Assembly: GCA_023231475.1 (NCBI GenBank)
Contig: JALJEE010001081.1
Location: 62,001 to 126,000 of the forward strand
Direction of reading: 5' to 3'
DNA from: Seison nebaliae
Lineage: Eukaryota
DNA length: 64,000 nt
This document shows, one piece after another, positions 1-12,718 of the stretch; within the stretch, counting starts at the first letter, position 1, and every line of letters starts with the position of its first letter. The notes below the pieces were generated by a model. The model saw nothing but the letters and a program-made list of their open reading frames with translations, made no database searches and was not told the origin of the DNA. The translations under genes were made by a program, and so were the position numbers.

Positions 1-417
1 TATCATCGGAGTAGTTTCGGAACGAGATCCAGGGAATTGAGAGATCGATATGAACATCTACTACTTCAGAAAACAATACCATCTTTCGTTCAAGATATCG
101 TTCAAAATGCTGATATTAACGATTTGGAACCATACCTCACATCACATCATAAACATACGCAACAACTACAAACACGAGTATTTGAGTTTTCCCGACGAGA
201 ATTGACCACAATTGATCGTTTACATTATATTTTGAAAGAATTGACCAGATGTCTATTAGGCGACATGAGCTATAAGAGTGTCATAGCACAACGTGCTGAT
301 CCCAGTGGTATAAACGCGTTAAGTTCGTTGGATTCGTTTAGTCAATGGTTCTTTCCCACTTCCTTCATTATACTCCAAATCTTCTTCTGGTATCTGTTGG
401 ATAGTGACCATCATTAA
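1..417 (+). CDS. 3' end of a Cys-loop ligand-gated ion channel subunit (GABA-A/GlyR/GluCl-like), 5'-truncated by the window
   Basis: Frame open from base 1. C-terminal LDSFSQWFFPTSFIILQIFFWY resembles the TM4 motif (ID..SR..FP..F..FN..YW) that follows the intracellular loop. Confidence 0.65.
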   Translation, partial: YHRSSFGTRSRELRDRYEHLLLQKTIPSFVQDIVQNADINDLEPYLTSHHKHTQQLQTRVFEFSRRELTTIDRLHYILKELTRCLLGDMSYKSVIAQRADPSGINALSSLDSFSQWFFPTSFIILQIFFWYLLDSDHH

Positions 418-715
418 TAACTTTAAATATTTTCTTTCATAAACTTAAATTTTTAATTCTCATTTCTTATTCTTCCACAATATTCAAATACAATAAAGTC
501 GTTCTAACGTATTGGTTTTCGGCAAATTGATGAAAAACGAAAAGTTTGCTAAGTCGTCAATATTCTAGGAAGCTTAGAATTTTGAAATAAAAAAAGTTGT
601 TTAAGTGATTTCTTTCAGAGTTTACAAAAAATTATTTTTTTAAAAAATTTTTTAAATTCTTCCTAAACTTCCAAATTGCTGACGTTGTATAGCACATGAG
701 TATCTCTCGGCACTG

Positions 716-3700
716 ATGATGGATTCTCAATTATTCGAGTGTTCGCCACTCGTACATTACGAATGTCAAGAAGAAAAGAAAATAGTTAAATTTATTTTCG
801 AGTATAAATAAATAAATTAATTTTCATGATAGTTGAAGAATGAAAATAATTCCATATTACGATTCGTCGATAATTTCGTGAAGTTGAAATACATTTAAAA
901 ATTTTTATAATATTTTTTTCAGTTCGAAGAATTTCATTGAAGATTTGATTAGTTATCGAAAGAAAACTTTTTTCAAATTGATCGGAATTAATGAATTGAA
1001 GTTTTCGATTTCTATTTCCCATTATCATCAATACAATTTGTAGCGATATCGTTTATGTGAATGGAGAAGGATTACATATCGTGAGGAATTGTGGTGATAG
1101 GAAAGTAGTGAGTTTATGGGGAGAGAGTTTATTATCATTCGATCAGATCGTTTTAGAATTATTCACATTAAATTGGACGAACGATAATCAGTTTATTGTC
1201 CTCACTGATAATTTCGGAGATGTTCATCTTTTCGATCGATCGTCGAAATATCTCAATAAATTCTCTCATTCGATGAATGAAGGAGAACAAATGAATTTGA
1301 TGAATTCAGTCGCCTCTCTTCATTCACTCGCTCCTCAAACCAATGAGAAATGTCATTTATTTTATTTGACATATTCCGGTCTACTAATCGAAACATCTTT
1401 AAAGTTTTTTTTTAAATTTTGAAAAAAATTTTTTTTTTTAAAATTTCTTAGAAATAATAATGAATGGAATATACATCGATTATTTTGTTTACCAACCGAT
1501 TATGTGATGTTCGGAACGAATCGATTAGATTTGATTTTTCACAAATCACTTCAATTATCGACGTCCATTCAATATGTGATGGTTTATCTACCTTCCACAT
1601 TCGACGATTATCAGAAAGATCCACATCATCGTCCAATTTATTCGACGAACAATTTATTCATGTTATTGGAAACGACAGATGAATCATTTCAATTGATTCA
1701 TTCCCCAAAGAATAAGTTGGAACGATCCTGGTCATGGTTTAGTAATAAGACATCTTATCAATATGTTGTCGATTCAAAATTGAAAGAGAAGTCGAGTGTA
1801 TTCGTAACGAATAAAGGAATTATCGCCATTTATGATTATGAGAAGAATGAAGAATTATTTAATTTGAATTTAAATCGAGTGAAATTATCGGAAAATTTAT
1901 CAATTTCGACTGATGTACAAACGAAAAATCTTCTCGCTCAATTATATGGTAATTCGAATTTTATTTATTCAAATCATCCAATTTCTATCAATTGGTGGAG
2001 AGATGATGAAAATATCATTTTCTTATCAACATGTAATGGAGCATTGATTTTTATCGATATCGATAAATTGAAAAAAATGGAATTGAATGTGGTCGCTTAC
2101 GAAAAGAAAGATGATGATGATGTTATCGTCAATTATGATTTCTATGCGAGAAATCAATTAACAGATGATGATCTTCGATTGATGGATACGTTCCATGATC
2201 GAGAATTGATCGATCTTACAATGCTCCGATCATCGCCAAACGGAATTTTTCTCGTACATCATTTTCTTCCATTCTCTTTCATTCTCACCCAATGGAATGA
2301 AATGAAAATGTTTAATCTTCTCCTCAAATGTAACGTCATTCAAAAATTCAAAAAATTAGTACCTAATTCAAATCGTTTCATTCGATTATTGAGATATTTG
2401 AATATTCCGTTTTTGTCTGATTTCGTTTGTCCACCAAATGAAGCGACTGTTGAAATGAAATGTGAATTGACAATGAAATCCATCGAATGTATTGGATTGC
2501 AACAATTATTTGAGAGGAAACTCACTCATAAAATGTTCGATGAAGCGTTCGATCTTGTTCAACGATATCCACAACAATTGAACAAAGATATTCTTTTCGT
2601 TAATATCTGGCAGAATTTGGAGAAACGGAAATCGAGTGACATCAACAATTATCTTTTCCATATTAAAGATGTTCGTCTATTAATCGAGCAATGTTTGTGC
2701 ACGATCGATAATAATTTGAATATTATTGGAAATTTGATCGATATCGGAATTGAAAAAACGAATTTCCAAATAATTTTAACACAATTACAATTAGAGGAGA
2801 ATTATCGAAGAGAAATCGACATAATTCATTTGGAATTGACAGAGACGATGGAGAAGAGATTTGGAGAGGAGAAATTTCGGACACTACTCAAATTGGAGAA
2901 GAAAAAACAATTGAAATTTGAAAAAGATTTATTCGAATTAAATAAAAATTGGGAGAAATTAAAAATTGTAAAAAAATGGAAAAATATTTCGAAAGATGAT
3001 ATTGATTCGTTGAATTATTTCATTGAGAAACGTTTGAAAATTTTTCGATATTTCGATTATTTCAAAACATTTCTCGAATTACTCGACGATGTCAATATAT
3101 CGATCGGTCATCAATTAAATGAATTAAGAAAGAAAGATTTATTCGAAATCGCTTGTCAATTGGCAGATAAAGGAAATTTGATTCAATTACGTTCAATTTT
3201 CCAAAATCATCTGAAGGAATTATCATCGAATTATTTCTCCATTCTCCTACACATCAACATGGACAGATGTGAATTGAATGAATTACTTCACGTTATTCCA
3301 CTCGTCGAAGAGAACGATCGAATTGTCATTCCAAAATTTTCGCCTCATCGATCCATTCCTGATTGGACGGAAATTTTGATGGAAATGGGAGACGTCGAAC
3401 GGATCGATGAAAAAATGATTTCACAATGGAATCGTCTCGATCCATTCGATTTGAATGAAATTTATTTATTTTATGTAAAATTCATTCGACACATTCTCAT
3501 CACGAACGGAAATATCGATTTTTCTGATCAATTTTTAAAATGTCTCAAATTGTACGAAATAACAAAAAATGATAATTATCGTCGAATGGAAGAAACTATT
3601 CGATTGATGCATCGATTAACATATGTCAATTATTATTTGGATGATGAGGAATTAGAACGACGATGGTATGTCGTTTATGGAATGAATGATGAAGAGGAAT

Positions 3701-6700
3701 TGAAACGAATTCAAATTCACAACATTCTACCCATCGATTTATTCGATCATTTGATGGAATTGGATCGTATTGATCAATTTATATTTTATTTGAATTTTTT
3801 GGAAAAATCGAAAAATATTTCGAGTCAAATATCATCTCTAACTTATTTAACGGATATATTGGAAGAAAATGATTTTTATGAACGGTTTTTTCCCGTTTAT
3901 CTTCGACATCGATTCGAATCGTCAAATTCTCAATTATTCGAAACGATGAATGAAATTTTGAAAATTTTAAATTATTTCGATAAATTTAATTCAAATCGAT
4001 GTGATTTATTGATCTCTTTCATTTTCTCCAAATATCATCAACATCTCACCATCAATTCCATGAATATCGTTCAGATGGAATGGATTCCATTCATCAAACG
4101 TCAATATAATCATCAACATCAAATTCGACCGTTCCATTCACCGTTTTTCTTCGAAAATTCCGTTTTTAACATTTCTTCCATTTTTGAACTGTTGAAATTT
4201 CTGGATAATTTAAATTTTGATGATGATATTCTCCGAGATTGTTCTCCATTCAATATGTGTCGATTGATGATGAATGAGAATGATTTCCAACAATTCATTC
4301 TCACCATTCTTCAAGTGAGTTGTGAGAAGAGAATTATTAATTTCTCTCTCATCAAACAATTGAACGATATAATTGTTAATATGAAAAAATCATCAGGATT
4401 TATTTTTCCGTTTTATGTCGATTGGATTGTGAGGAATGATGAGAACATATCGGAAGTTTCACTTTCAATACCGTTCATGACGGAATTGGATTTGGAGAAA
4501 TTGAAAGAATATTTTGTTGATATTATTCACGAATCGGTCGATGTTAACTCGATTTTGAAAGATTCAAAAACTTTCATCCAAATTCTTTATCTGTTGAATG
4601 TGAAGAAGAAATCGACGACGAATTGGAAATATGTGAAATGTTTAATCGAAATTCTCCAGAGTGTCATTTTGAGGTATACGAGATCGATGAAATCAATGGT
4701 GAAATCGAATAAGAAAGCGTCCGTTCTATTCTCACAATATTTGAAACGATTAACGGAATTTTCAAAAATTGAACTTTTCACATATCGTATCATGCAATGT
4801 CCATTGATGAGAAATGAAAAAGTTCAGTCGTTGGAATCTCTCGATCAATTGACATCACTTCTCCTTCGATTAGTTAATCGAGTAGATAAATTTGAAAATT
4901 TTTTATTATTCAAAAAACTAATAATCGTTTTTCATGATCTCATTTCCTGTAAATCGATCGATTTGAATGATTTGAATTTGATTCAAAAAATTTTCGGAGG
5001 AAATTCAATTGGAAAATCGATAAATTTCTCTGAATTAACAATTTTAATTAATTTGAAAATTTCCGTTTCACTCAAATGGAAATGGTTATTCGTTCAGGAA
5101 TGTCAATCATTTGTGGAATTGGATGAGAGGAATTATCCAGAGATTCTCATTGGAATCATCAAAATGGAAATGGTAAATTGGGAACAATTGACGGATGATG
5201 TTGGATGGATGAATTGGTTGAAATTTATCGTTCTCTCTATCGATATTTCATCGAATGAATCGATGGAAATTATTGATAAGATAAATGAGAAAATTAAATT
5301 TGAATTTGGTCGTGTCGAATCTAATCCGTTAGCGAAGATAACGAACATTCCAATTATCGATAGTTATCGGAAATTCGTTAGAGAAAATTCTTTAAAAATC
5401 CATCCGGAAACCGTCGTGGAACAGATGGTGATGAATGATTCGAAATGTCCAACGGAAAACATTTACGAAGAATTGAGAATGTTTTGTATTAATCGAATTG
5501 TGGAATTGGGAAAAGTGGAAGATGATCTTGGAATTTATGATATTCCATTAAGAAATTTAATCGAATATTATTTGAGAGTTGATGAAGATAATACGAAATT
5601 AGATGAATTTATGAGAAGAATCGATGACGAACAATTTATACAGAAAATTAACGATATTTCCATCGATATCAATAAATGTCGTCAGGATATGAATTATTTC
5701 CAATTCACGTTAAGTGGATTGGCTTATTCAAAAGATGTGGATCAATTAGAAATTGCTTTATTAATTTTAGAACGATTTGTTGGAGAACATTCGAATGAAA
5801 CGGAATATATGAATGATCGTTTAACTGATATTTATGTCGGTTTCTTCGAATTCTTCTTCGTTAATCGATTAGTTGATGATTTCCCATCAAATTCTTATCA
5901 ACATCTTTATTTAGCTCTTCAATCTTACACGGAACAATTCATCAAATTAAATTCTCTCATCGATCAATCAATTTATCCTATTGGAAAAATTTATGAATCT
6001 TCTTTCAATTTTCTCACATTTGTCTCGTTCAAAGGAATTTTAACGAGTCAAATGGACGAGGAAATTGAAAGAGAATTAACTCGAATTAAAAATGTTGATC
6101 ACATTCTCTCGATTGTCATCCTTCTTTATTTCAAATGGACGATTAGTGATAATGATTCGAATGAATCAGGTTTCCTTCATTGTTTGGTGAGGCTGTTTGA
6201 ATTGAACTCTCCAAATCGCATCATCATTCTTCGTCAAATGAAGAAAGCAAATCAGAAAATAGAAAATATAATTTTCGCACTAATCAATCAATTTCCTAAT
6301 CAGTTACAATTCATCGATATTATTCAATTGATTCCATTAATTGGCGATAAAATTCTTCTAAAATTAACTTTCGATTATATGGTGAATCATGAAAAGGTTT
6401 CCTTTATTTTATCTTTAATTATTTTATTATTTCTTCTTTATTTTTTAATTTATTTATCTTTTAATTATCATCTATTTATCATCTATTTATCCTTTATTAT
6501 TATCGGTTATAGTGGGAAGAATATGAGAGAATATTTATTCATAAATATCTCGAAGATAATTCTACAAATTGGTCGTTCTTCATTAATAACCGAAAATTCT
6601 GTTTAGCTGCTGAACATTATTTCTGGTATAGAGAACCGGTATCATTGTTCAGTTGTGAAATGAACGAATTGTTAATGAAAATGAAAATTGACAACGAAAC

Positions 6701-6983
6701 TAGACAACGTGAAGAGAAGGAGAAATTTCTCTATAAATATATCGAGCTATTGCTAGAGGAGGATGGATCAGACGACATGAGACTTTATTGTACTAATCTC
6801 TTACATCGATTTTTCACCTTGGACAATCAGATGAATGAGAATAATAAGGAGATCTCAAATGACGATACGAATTGTGAAGAAATTGGAAAGATCGATATTC
6901 ATCATCAATTGACAGGACAATCAGTTCGTTTTTTCGATCGATGGTTAACGAATAAACGAAAAATGAACAATTCCATTAATTAA
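716..6983 (+). CDS. NBAS: Neuroblastoma-amplified sequence (NBAS/Sec39-like NRZ tethering subunit); exons 716-784, 833-882, 923-1000, 1044-1403, 1452-6396, 6513-6983
   Basis: MFDEAFDLVQRY...DILFVNIW...INNYLFHIKD...IEQCL and DINKCRQDMNYFQFTLSGLA match remembered NBAS motifs. Five GT-AG introns (785-832, 883-922, 1001-1043, 1404-1451, 6397-6512) join the ORFs in frame. The first exons rest on frame only. Confidence 0.85.
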
Positions 6984-7103
6984 CTCAATAAAATCTTATT
7001 TATTCATAATTATCATCAAACATAAAATCACCATTATTAGATGAATTTTTTCGAAATTTTGAAAATTATTTAATTTTATTCAATTCATTTCCTCTCCTCA
7101 TAT

Positions 7104-7601
7104 TTAACTTTTATCATTCCAAATTGATGAGGCAAAATCACCAGCACTATCCTTCCGATAATTGGCGACAGGATAATCTGATGAATATGTCGTTTGATAT
7201 TTATTCCGCATTAATTCCACACTATCCAATTCATGTCGATTCTTCTTTGGCACTTCAGAAAGTGCTACTGGAGTAGATTGTTGATTTTGATTCTGTAATT
7301 TCGTCAACAATGAAGTGAGTAATTCTTCCGCTTTCACTGACATCCATTGGAGAGCGGTACGTTTAATGGAATGAGAGGAAGTGGTGGGTGTTTGTTGTCG
7401 TCTTATCAAATCCGTCTCAGTTTGACGTGCATTGAACGAGTTCTTCTCTCGACTTGCAGAGTAGTTAGAACGACTTGAAATTGGTTTATTTCCGAATGAG
7501 TTTACTGAAAGATTTTTAGGTTCCGTGTCCGATTGACTCTCATCATCGCTGTCATTAGCGAGACGATGATTGAGTGTGGCAGAGATGTCACAATGAAGCA
7601 T
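7104..7601 (-). CDS. Hypothetical 165-aa protein with one YQTTYSSDY motif reminiscent of SAXO/ciliary microtubule-inner-protein repeats
   Basis: Uninterrupted ATG-initiated ORF with coding-like composition. The family is only suggested by one short motif. Confidence 0.5.
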   Translation of the reverse strand: MLHCDISATLNHRLANDSDDESQSDTEPKNLSVNSFGNKPISSRSNYSASREKNSFNARQTETDLIRRQQTPTTSSHSIKRTALQWMSVKAEELLTSLLTKLQNQNQQSTPVALSEVPKKNRHELDSVELMRNKYQTTYSSDYPVANYRKDSAGDFASSIWNDKS

Positions 7602-7893
7602 TGGGAGTATTGGGAATGGTTCAAACGAAAATAGATTAAAAGGAAAAAACTCGAATGAACAGAAAATTTGTTTGAGTTCGAATTCGAGAATTAAATTTCA
7701 TTAAGAAATTGAAATGAAACTAAAGAATAAACAGAGTATTTACTCACAATTACAATAAACTCAAATCCATCAAAACTAATTTTCTATTCTTTTTATTTCA
7801 GTTTTAATGAAATTATAATAAAACTTTTCGAACCAAAAAAAAAATAATGAAATAAAATATATGGAAATTAATGAAAGTCGTTCGATTTGCCGT

Positions 7894-8436
7894 TCAACCG
7901 TCACGACGGTCAGTTACCGTTCTTGGTAAACGAATGACAGATCCGTCCATCGTCTCATCCACATACACTTGACAACCAAGACGAGAACTGAAAGAAATTT
8001 TTTTAAAAATTTGAAAAAAAAAATTTTTAAAATTTTGCAAAAAAAAATTTAAAAAAATTTGAAACGTTTCCGTCAATTCCGTAGCTAGATCGAGCATATC
8101 TAATTCTTCGTCTAATGCTTCGTCGATGCGAGTGAACAATTCCTTGTCCAAAATGAGGTGACATGTACTGCAAGATAAACTTCCTTCACAAGCTCCAAAA
8201 CCATCAAATTCGATATTATTATCAACAATAACATCATACAATGATGCACCTGTTATCGCCGTCAGATTTTTATGATGTCCATCTCTATCGATAAATGTCA
8301 ATTTAACTTTCCTTCACATCAATGGATGAGGAGTGATGAGGAAGAAAAGGAACTTCGTATTCAATTTGTTAGAGACGGTGAGTGAACGAGATAAATGAGG
8401 TAAAAGTGTTCGAACTGTTCGTTGTAAGAGTGACAT
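7894..8436 (-). CDS. FDX1: Mitochondrial adrenodoxin-type 2Fe-2S ferredoxin; introns 8312-8353 and 7988-8065
   Basis: DGFGACEGSLSCSTCHLI, EELDMLDLA and SRLGCQV motifs. Spliced N-terminus MSLLQRTVRTLLPHLSRSL looks like a mitochondrial presequence. Confidence 0.92.
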
Positions 8437-8609
8437 GTTTTCTTGTGAAATGATAGAGCAGAAATTTGGGTGAAAATAAATATTTCACCATTTCCATGTT
8501 CGAATGATTAAGGATGAGGATTAAAGAAATGAGAAGAGAATGACGAAATGATATTGAGATGGAAAAAAAAAGAATTTATAATTTTTCGAAATGAAAGCAC
8601 AAGAAGAAG

Positions 8610-10136
8610 ATGAGTGAAGAAAACGTGAATGTTTCTTTACTCCAAGAAAATGGAGAAAGATTATCCAATCAACTTTATTCACTTCCTATCACTACTAATG
8701 CGAAAGATTTACGTCAACTTTATCGTCATTTAAGATTGGAAGTTGAAGGAGATGATGAAACTGAACGAATTGATGAAGAATCGAAATTATGTTCATTTCT
8801 CATTGAAAATAATGAAATAAGTGATTCAATCGAATCGGCTTATTATCAATTGGGAAAGAAAAGGAAATCACTTCAAGAAATTCAATTGAATATAATTTGT
8901 GTACCGAAATCTTTATTAAGAGTACGTCCAATTACTCGATGTTCATCTACTCTTAATGGACATTCATCTGCCATTATTTCATGTTCTTTCTCGCCAAATT
9001 CAAAATTACTCGCAACAGGTTCAGGAGATACAACACTCCGATTATGGGACATGAACACTCAATTGATCGATAACGTTTTTCGAGGACATAAAGAATGGTT
9101 ATTAGTAGTGGAATGGGCATCAAATGGAAAATATATTGGGAGTGCGTGTAAAGAAGGAACGATTTGTGTCTGGAATTTGAAGGAGAATCGTCTCCAATCC
9201 AAAAAAATCATGGCTCATAAAAAATGGATTAATTCGTTGTCATGGAAACCATTACATTTAATGAGGAGTGAGGAAGATTATCAATTAGTGAGTGGAAGTA
9301 AAGACGGTGGTCTCATTATTTGGAATGCGGTCGATATGACATGTGGACGACGGTTAAACGGTCATAAACAATCCGTCACCACTGTCAAATGGGGAGGGAG
9401 TAATTTGATTTATTCTTCTTCTCAAGATTGCTCCATAAAAATTTGGAGAAGTACAGACGGAACTTTATGTCGTTCACTCTCAAATCATTCACATTGGGTC
9501 AATTCGATTTCACTCAATACCGATTATTTATTACGTACCAGTTTCTATGATACGATTAAAGAAAAAGAGGAAACGATAATCAAATTGGAAAAGGGTTCGT
9601 TGAATGAACAGATTTTATATTCGAGAAAACGTTACGATTGTGCCATATCAAAATTGAAAGGATCACATTCGATTGATGGAGAATTATTAATTTCGGCATC
9701 CGACGATTTCACTTTATGTCTATGGAATGGAGAACATTCAAATAAATGTATCGAACGTCTGACCGGACATCAACAAGCGATTAACGACGTGAAATTTTCG
9801 CCCAATATGCGATTGATTGCTAGTGCTAGTTTCGACAAATCCATCCGCATTTGGGACGGTTTCACTGGGAAGTTTTATATGACGCTACGCGGTCATATTC
9901 GTCCAGTTTATCAAGTGGCTTGGAGTGTCGATTCACGAACAATTGTTAGCGGAAGTGCAGACTCTACATTGAAAATTTGGAGATGTGGCGACAAAATGAA
10001 CGACGGAGATAAGAAGAGATTGATGATGGATTTACCAGGACATGCGGATCAAGTATATGCCGTCGACTGGTCAACTGACGGTTCGAGTATCGGAAGTGGA
10101 GGTAAAGACCATATGGTGAAATTGTGGAGGAATTAA
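8610..10136 (+). CDS. NLE1: Notchless/Rsa4 WD40 ribosome biogenesis factor, intronless
   Basis: N-terminal NLE domain, RVRPITRCSSTLNGH, ATGSGDTTLRLWD, SASDDFTLCLW and DLPGHADQVYAVDWS...GGKDHMVKLWRN. Confidence 0.95.
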   Translation: MSEENVNVSLLQENGERLSNQLYSLPITTNAKDLRQLYRHLRLEVEGDDETERIDEESKLCSFLIENNEISDSIESAYYQLGKKRKSLQEIQLNIICVPKSLLRVRPITRCSSTLNGHSSAIISCSFSPNSKLLATGSGDTTLRLWDMNTQLIDNVFRGHKEWLLVVEWASNGKYIGSACKEGTICVWNLKENRLQSKKIMAHKKWINSLSWKPLHLMRSEEDYQLVSGSKDGGLIIWNAVDMTCGRRLNGHKQSVTTVKWGGSNLIYSSSQDCSIKIWRSTDGTLCRSLSNHSHWVNSISLNTDYLLRTSFYDTIKEKEETIIKLEKGSLNEQILYSRKRYDCAISKLKGSHSIDGELLISASDDFTLCLWNGEHSNKCIERLTGHQQAINDVKFSPNMRLIASASFDKSIRIWDGFTGKFYMTLRGHIRPVYQVAWSVDSRTIVSGSADSTLKIWRCGDKMNDGDKKRLMMDLPGHADQVYAVDWSTDGSSIGSGGKDHMVKLWRN

Positions 10137-11434
10137 TAATTTTTCTTGTCTATAATTTTTTTTCTGAAAATATTCTCTTTAAAATTAAAGTTTCCATATC
10201 CATGAAAATTTTAATGATGATAATGATAATGATGATGATTAGTAGAAAGATAAATATAGGATTGAGTATTCGAATGAGAGGAATGGAACCAATGTCAGAA
10301 AGGAACGAAAATAACATTTGGTCAAATTGGGAAGAGGTGGAAGAAGGAAAAATGAGAAAGAAGCGGAAGTTGATAAGAGGATTGATCACAATGAAGAAGG
10401 ATGAGAGAAAGGATATTCAATTGAATGAAATAAATTTATTATAAACGTTCATTTTCCACATCTTTCTTTCTTCTGTTTCATTTTTTCCTTCTCTTCCACC
10501 TCTGTCCCATCACTCTTTTTTCTTCAGTCACTCGTTCATAGATTGATCCATTCACTCAATTTCTGTTTCTTTAGTTTCTCCTTTTTTTCATAAATTCTTT
10601 CTCATCCTCTTATGAGAACTGGATTTATTCTTTCCTGGAATGAACACGACATGGTAATGTGATGAAGCGGAAGAGAGGTCCATCTCGTAACATCCAATTA
10701 ATTCGATTAAACTGAGTCCGTTTTCATATTCCGATCGACGTTATCCTGATAAATTGATCAAAACTATAAATTCATTTTGCTTCTTTCCTTCCCTTCAATT
10801 ACCGACTGTCCTCTTTTACTTTTCGTCTAATCATTCGTACGTATAATATAATCATCTTCTATCTTAATCTTCCACTAATTAATTGAGGAAGAAGATGAGA
10901 TGATTAATTCTGGAGGAAGTGGCACAAACATCGACGACTAGTTACCATTATTTGTAAGTTTAATCGTAACGTTCGTGGGAGAACGAACTAGATGAATCGT
11001 TATTGTGGAATGGATTTAAACTGAAATGAAACTTCAATCTCTCCTCCGTCTTCATTCAATTCAGGAGATAAACATGATTATATTCATTTTCATCATATTT
11101 GACGTAATCAGATGTTATCGGGAATCCCGTTCGTTTGTTTGTTTATTCGACAATTGAGAAAGAAAGAGCTCCGTTAAGTCGTCTCTCTTGCAACGACGTC
11201 ACATTAAAAGAATCAATTGAATTACATATGTAACAACATTGAACTGCGACAAACGTCAATCTCTCCAGAACATACGCTGACACAAACACACACACACACA
11301 TACACACACATCTATATCAATTCGTAGAATTTACCATAATTCTTCTTACTGATCATTTATTGTTCGACTTCTTCTTCTTCCATTATCATCATTGTAATTT
11401 TCGATAAAAGTGAATTAATTCGTTACCATCAATT

Positions 11435-11498
11435 CATCATCATCATCATCATCATATTAATATCCGTTTATTTGAATGGAAATCGTCTCCAAATATAT

Positions 11499-11531
<33 letters not shown>

Positions 11532-11550
11532 TACGTAAGAAGAAGAAGAA
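11435..11550. repeat. (CAT)n and (AAG)n microsatellite cluster
   Basis: CAT runs at about 11435-11455 and 11500-11531, followed by an AAG run. Confidence 0.9.
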
Positions 11551-12718
11551 GTTAAAAGTAATTATCACTATTTTGGAACGATATCGTCTAGTAACAATTA
11601 GTTAACGTGAGAGAATGGGTCAGGATTAATATATGAATGGCATTAAGATGATAGAAAAGGAAATCTTTTAAAGAAAGGAGTGAAACTTCAGTTCAGATAC
11701 ATCTCCATCTTTTTCATAAATCGTTTCCATAAAAGACATAATCACTTAAGATCCACATCACTTGCATCATACCGATCCATTCATCACCTTTTAGTTCTAT
11801 CAATTTCGGTGGGAGATTGCGAGTCAGTTCAAATTTACAATCGACCGACATCAGTTGACATACTCTCACATTGCTAATTATGAGTAGACGTAAGAAAGAT
11901 GAAGATGTCATCATGATTGAATGTCAAATCATCAGATTTCTTCTATTATCATCGAAATTCCAAATGTAACTCATCTCCGGAATTTTTAGAACAGTAACAT
12001 GTCGTGAATTTCATCATTCCTTTCCATGGACGTAATAAAGAATGGAAGAAATCTATGATGCTCTAATAGACATAAGAATTGTAAGAATGAAAGGAATATG
12101 TTTTAATAAAATTTATTAATTTCATTACACCAACTTCAAATACAAGTTGCATTGTTTTCCCAACAGATACGTCATGTTCAGCCATGTCGATTTGACTGAC
12201 CTTTCATTAAAAGGAGAAAATCGTTCACATAAGCCACTTTCTTCATCATTTCCCCTGATTTGTCGCCCATACGTCGTTGTTGAATGAACGATGTTACGAA
12301 CGTGTTTAAGGCGGGAAACTCAAATGGTTTTCTCCCCGACAAATCCATTTTTTCCATTTCCAAATTTGTATATATCGAATGTAAAATAAAATAATTCCAT
12401 TTTCCCATCTTGTTCGACCTTCCCAGGAATAAATGGAAATTATTGAATGAAACTGAAAGGATGAGTCCAATTGTCTAGTCTTATACAGAATGATATTGTC
12501 ATGTTTCATTTCTTTGCTAATCTCTAACCTTTTTTCTTCCAATAAACGTACGACACAGTAATAGAGAAAACTTTCGGTAGATAAATCAATTTGTTCCCAA
12601 AATTTTCTTTCGTATTAAAATGAAAAAATTTACAATGTCTTCTTTCAAACGATTAATCTAAATTCTCCATCTCTCTACGAATCGACGAAAAAAAATTTGA
12701 CAATTGACATTTCGTAGA

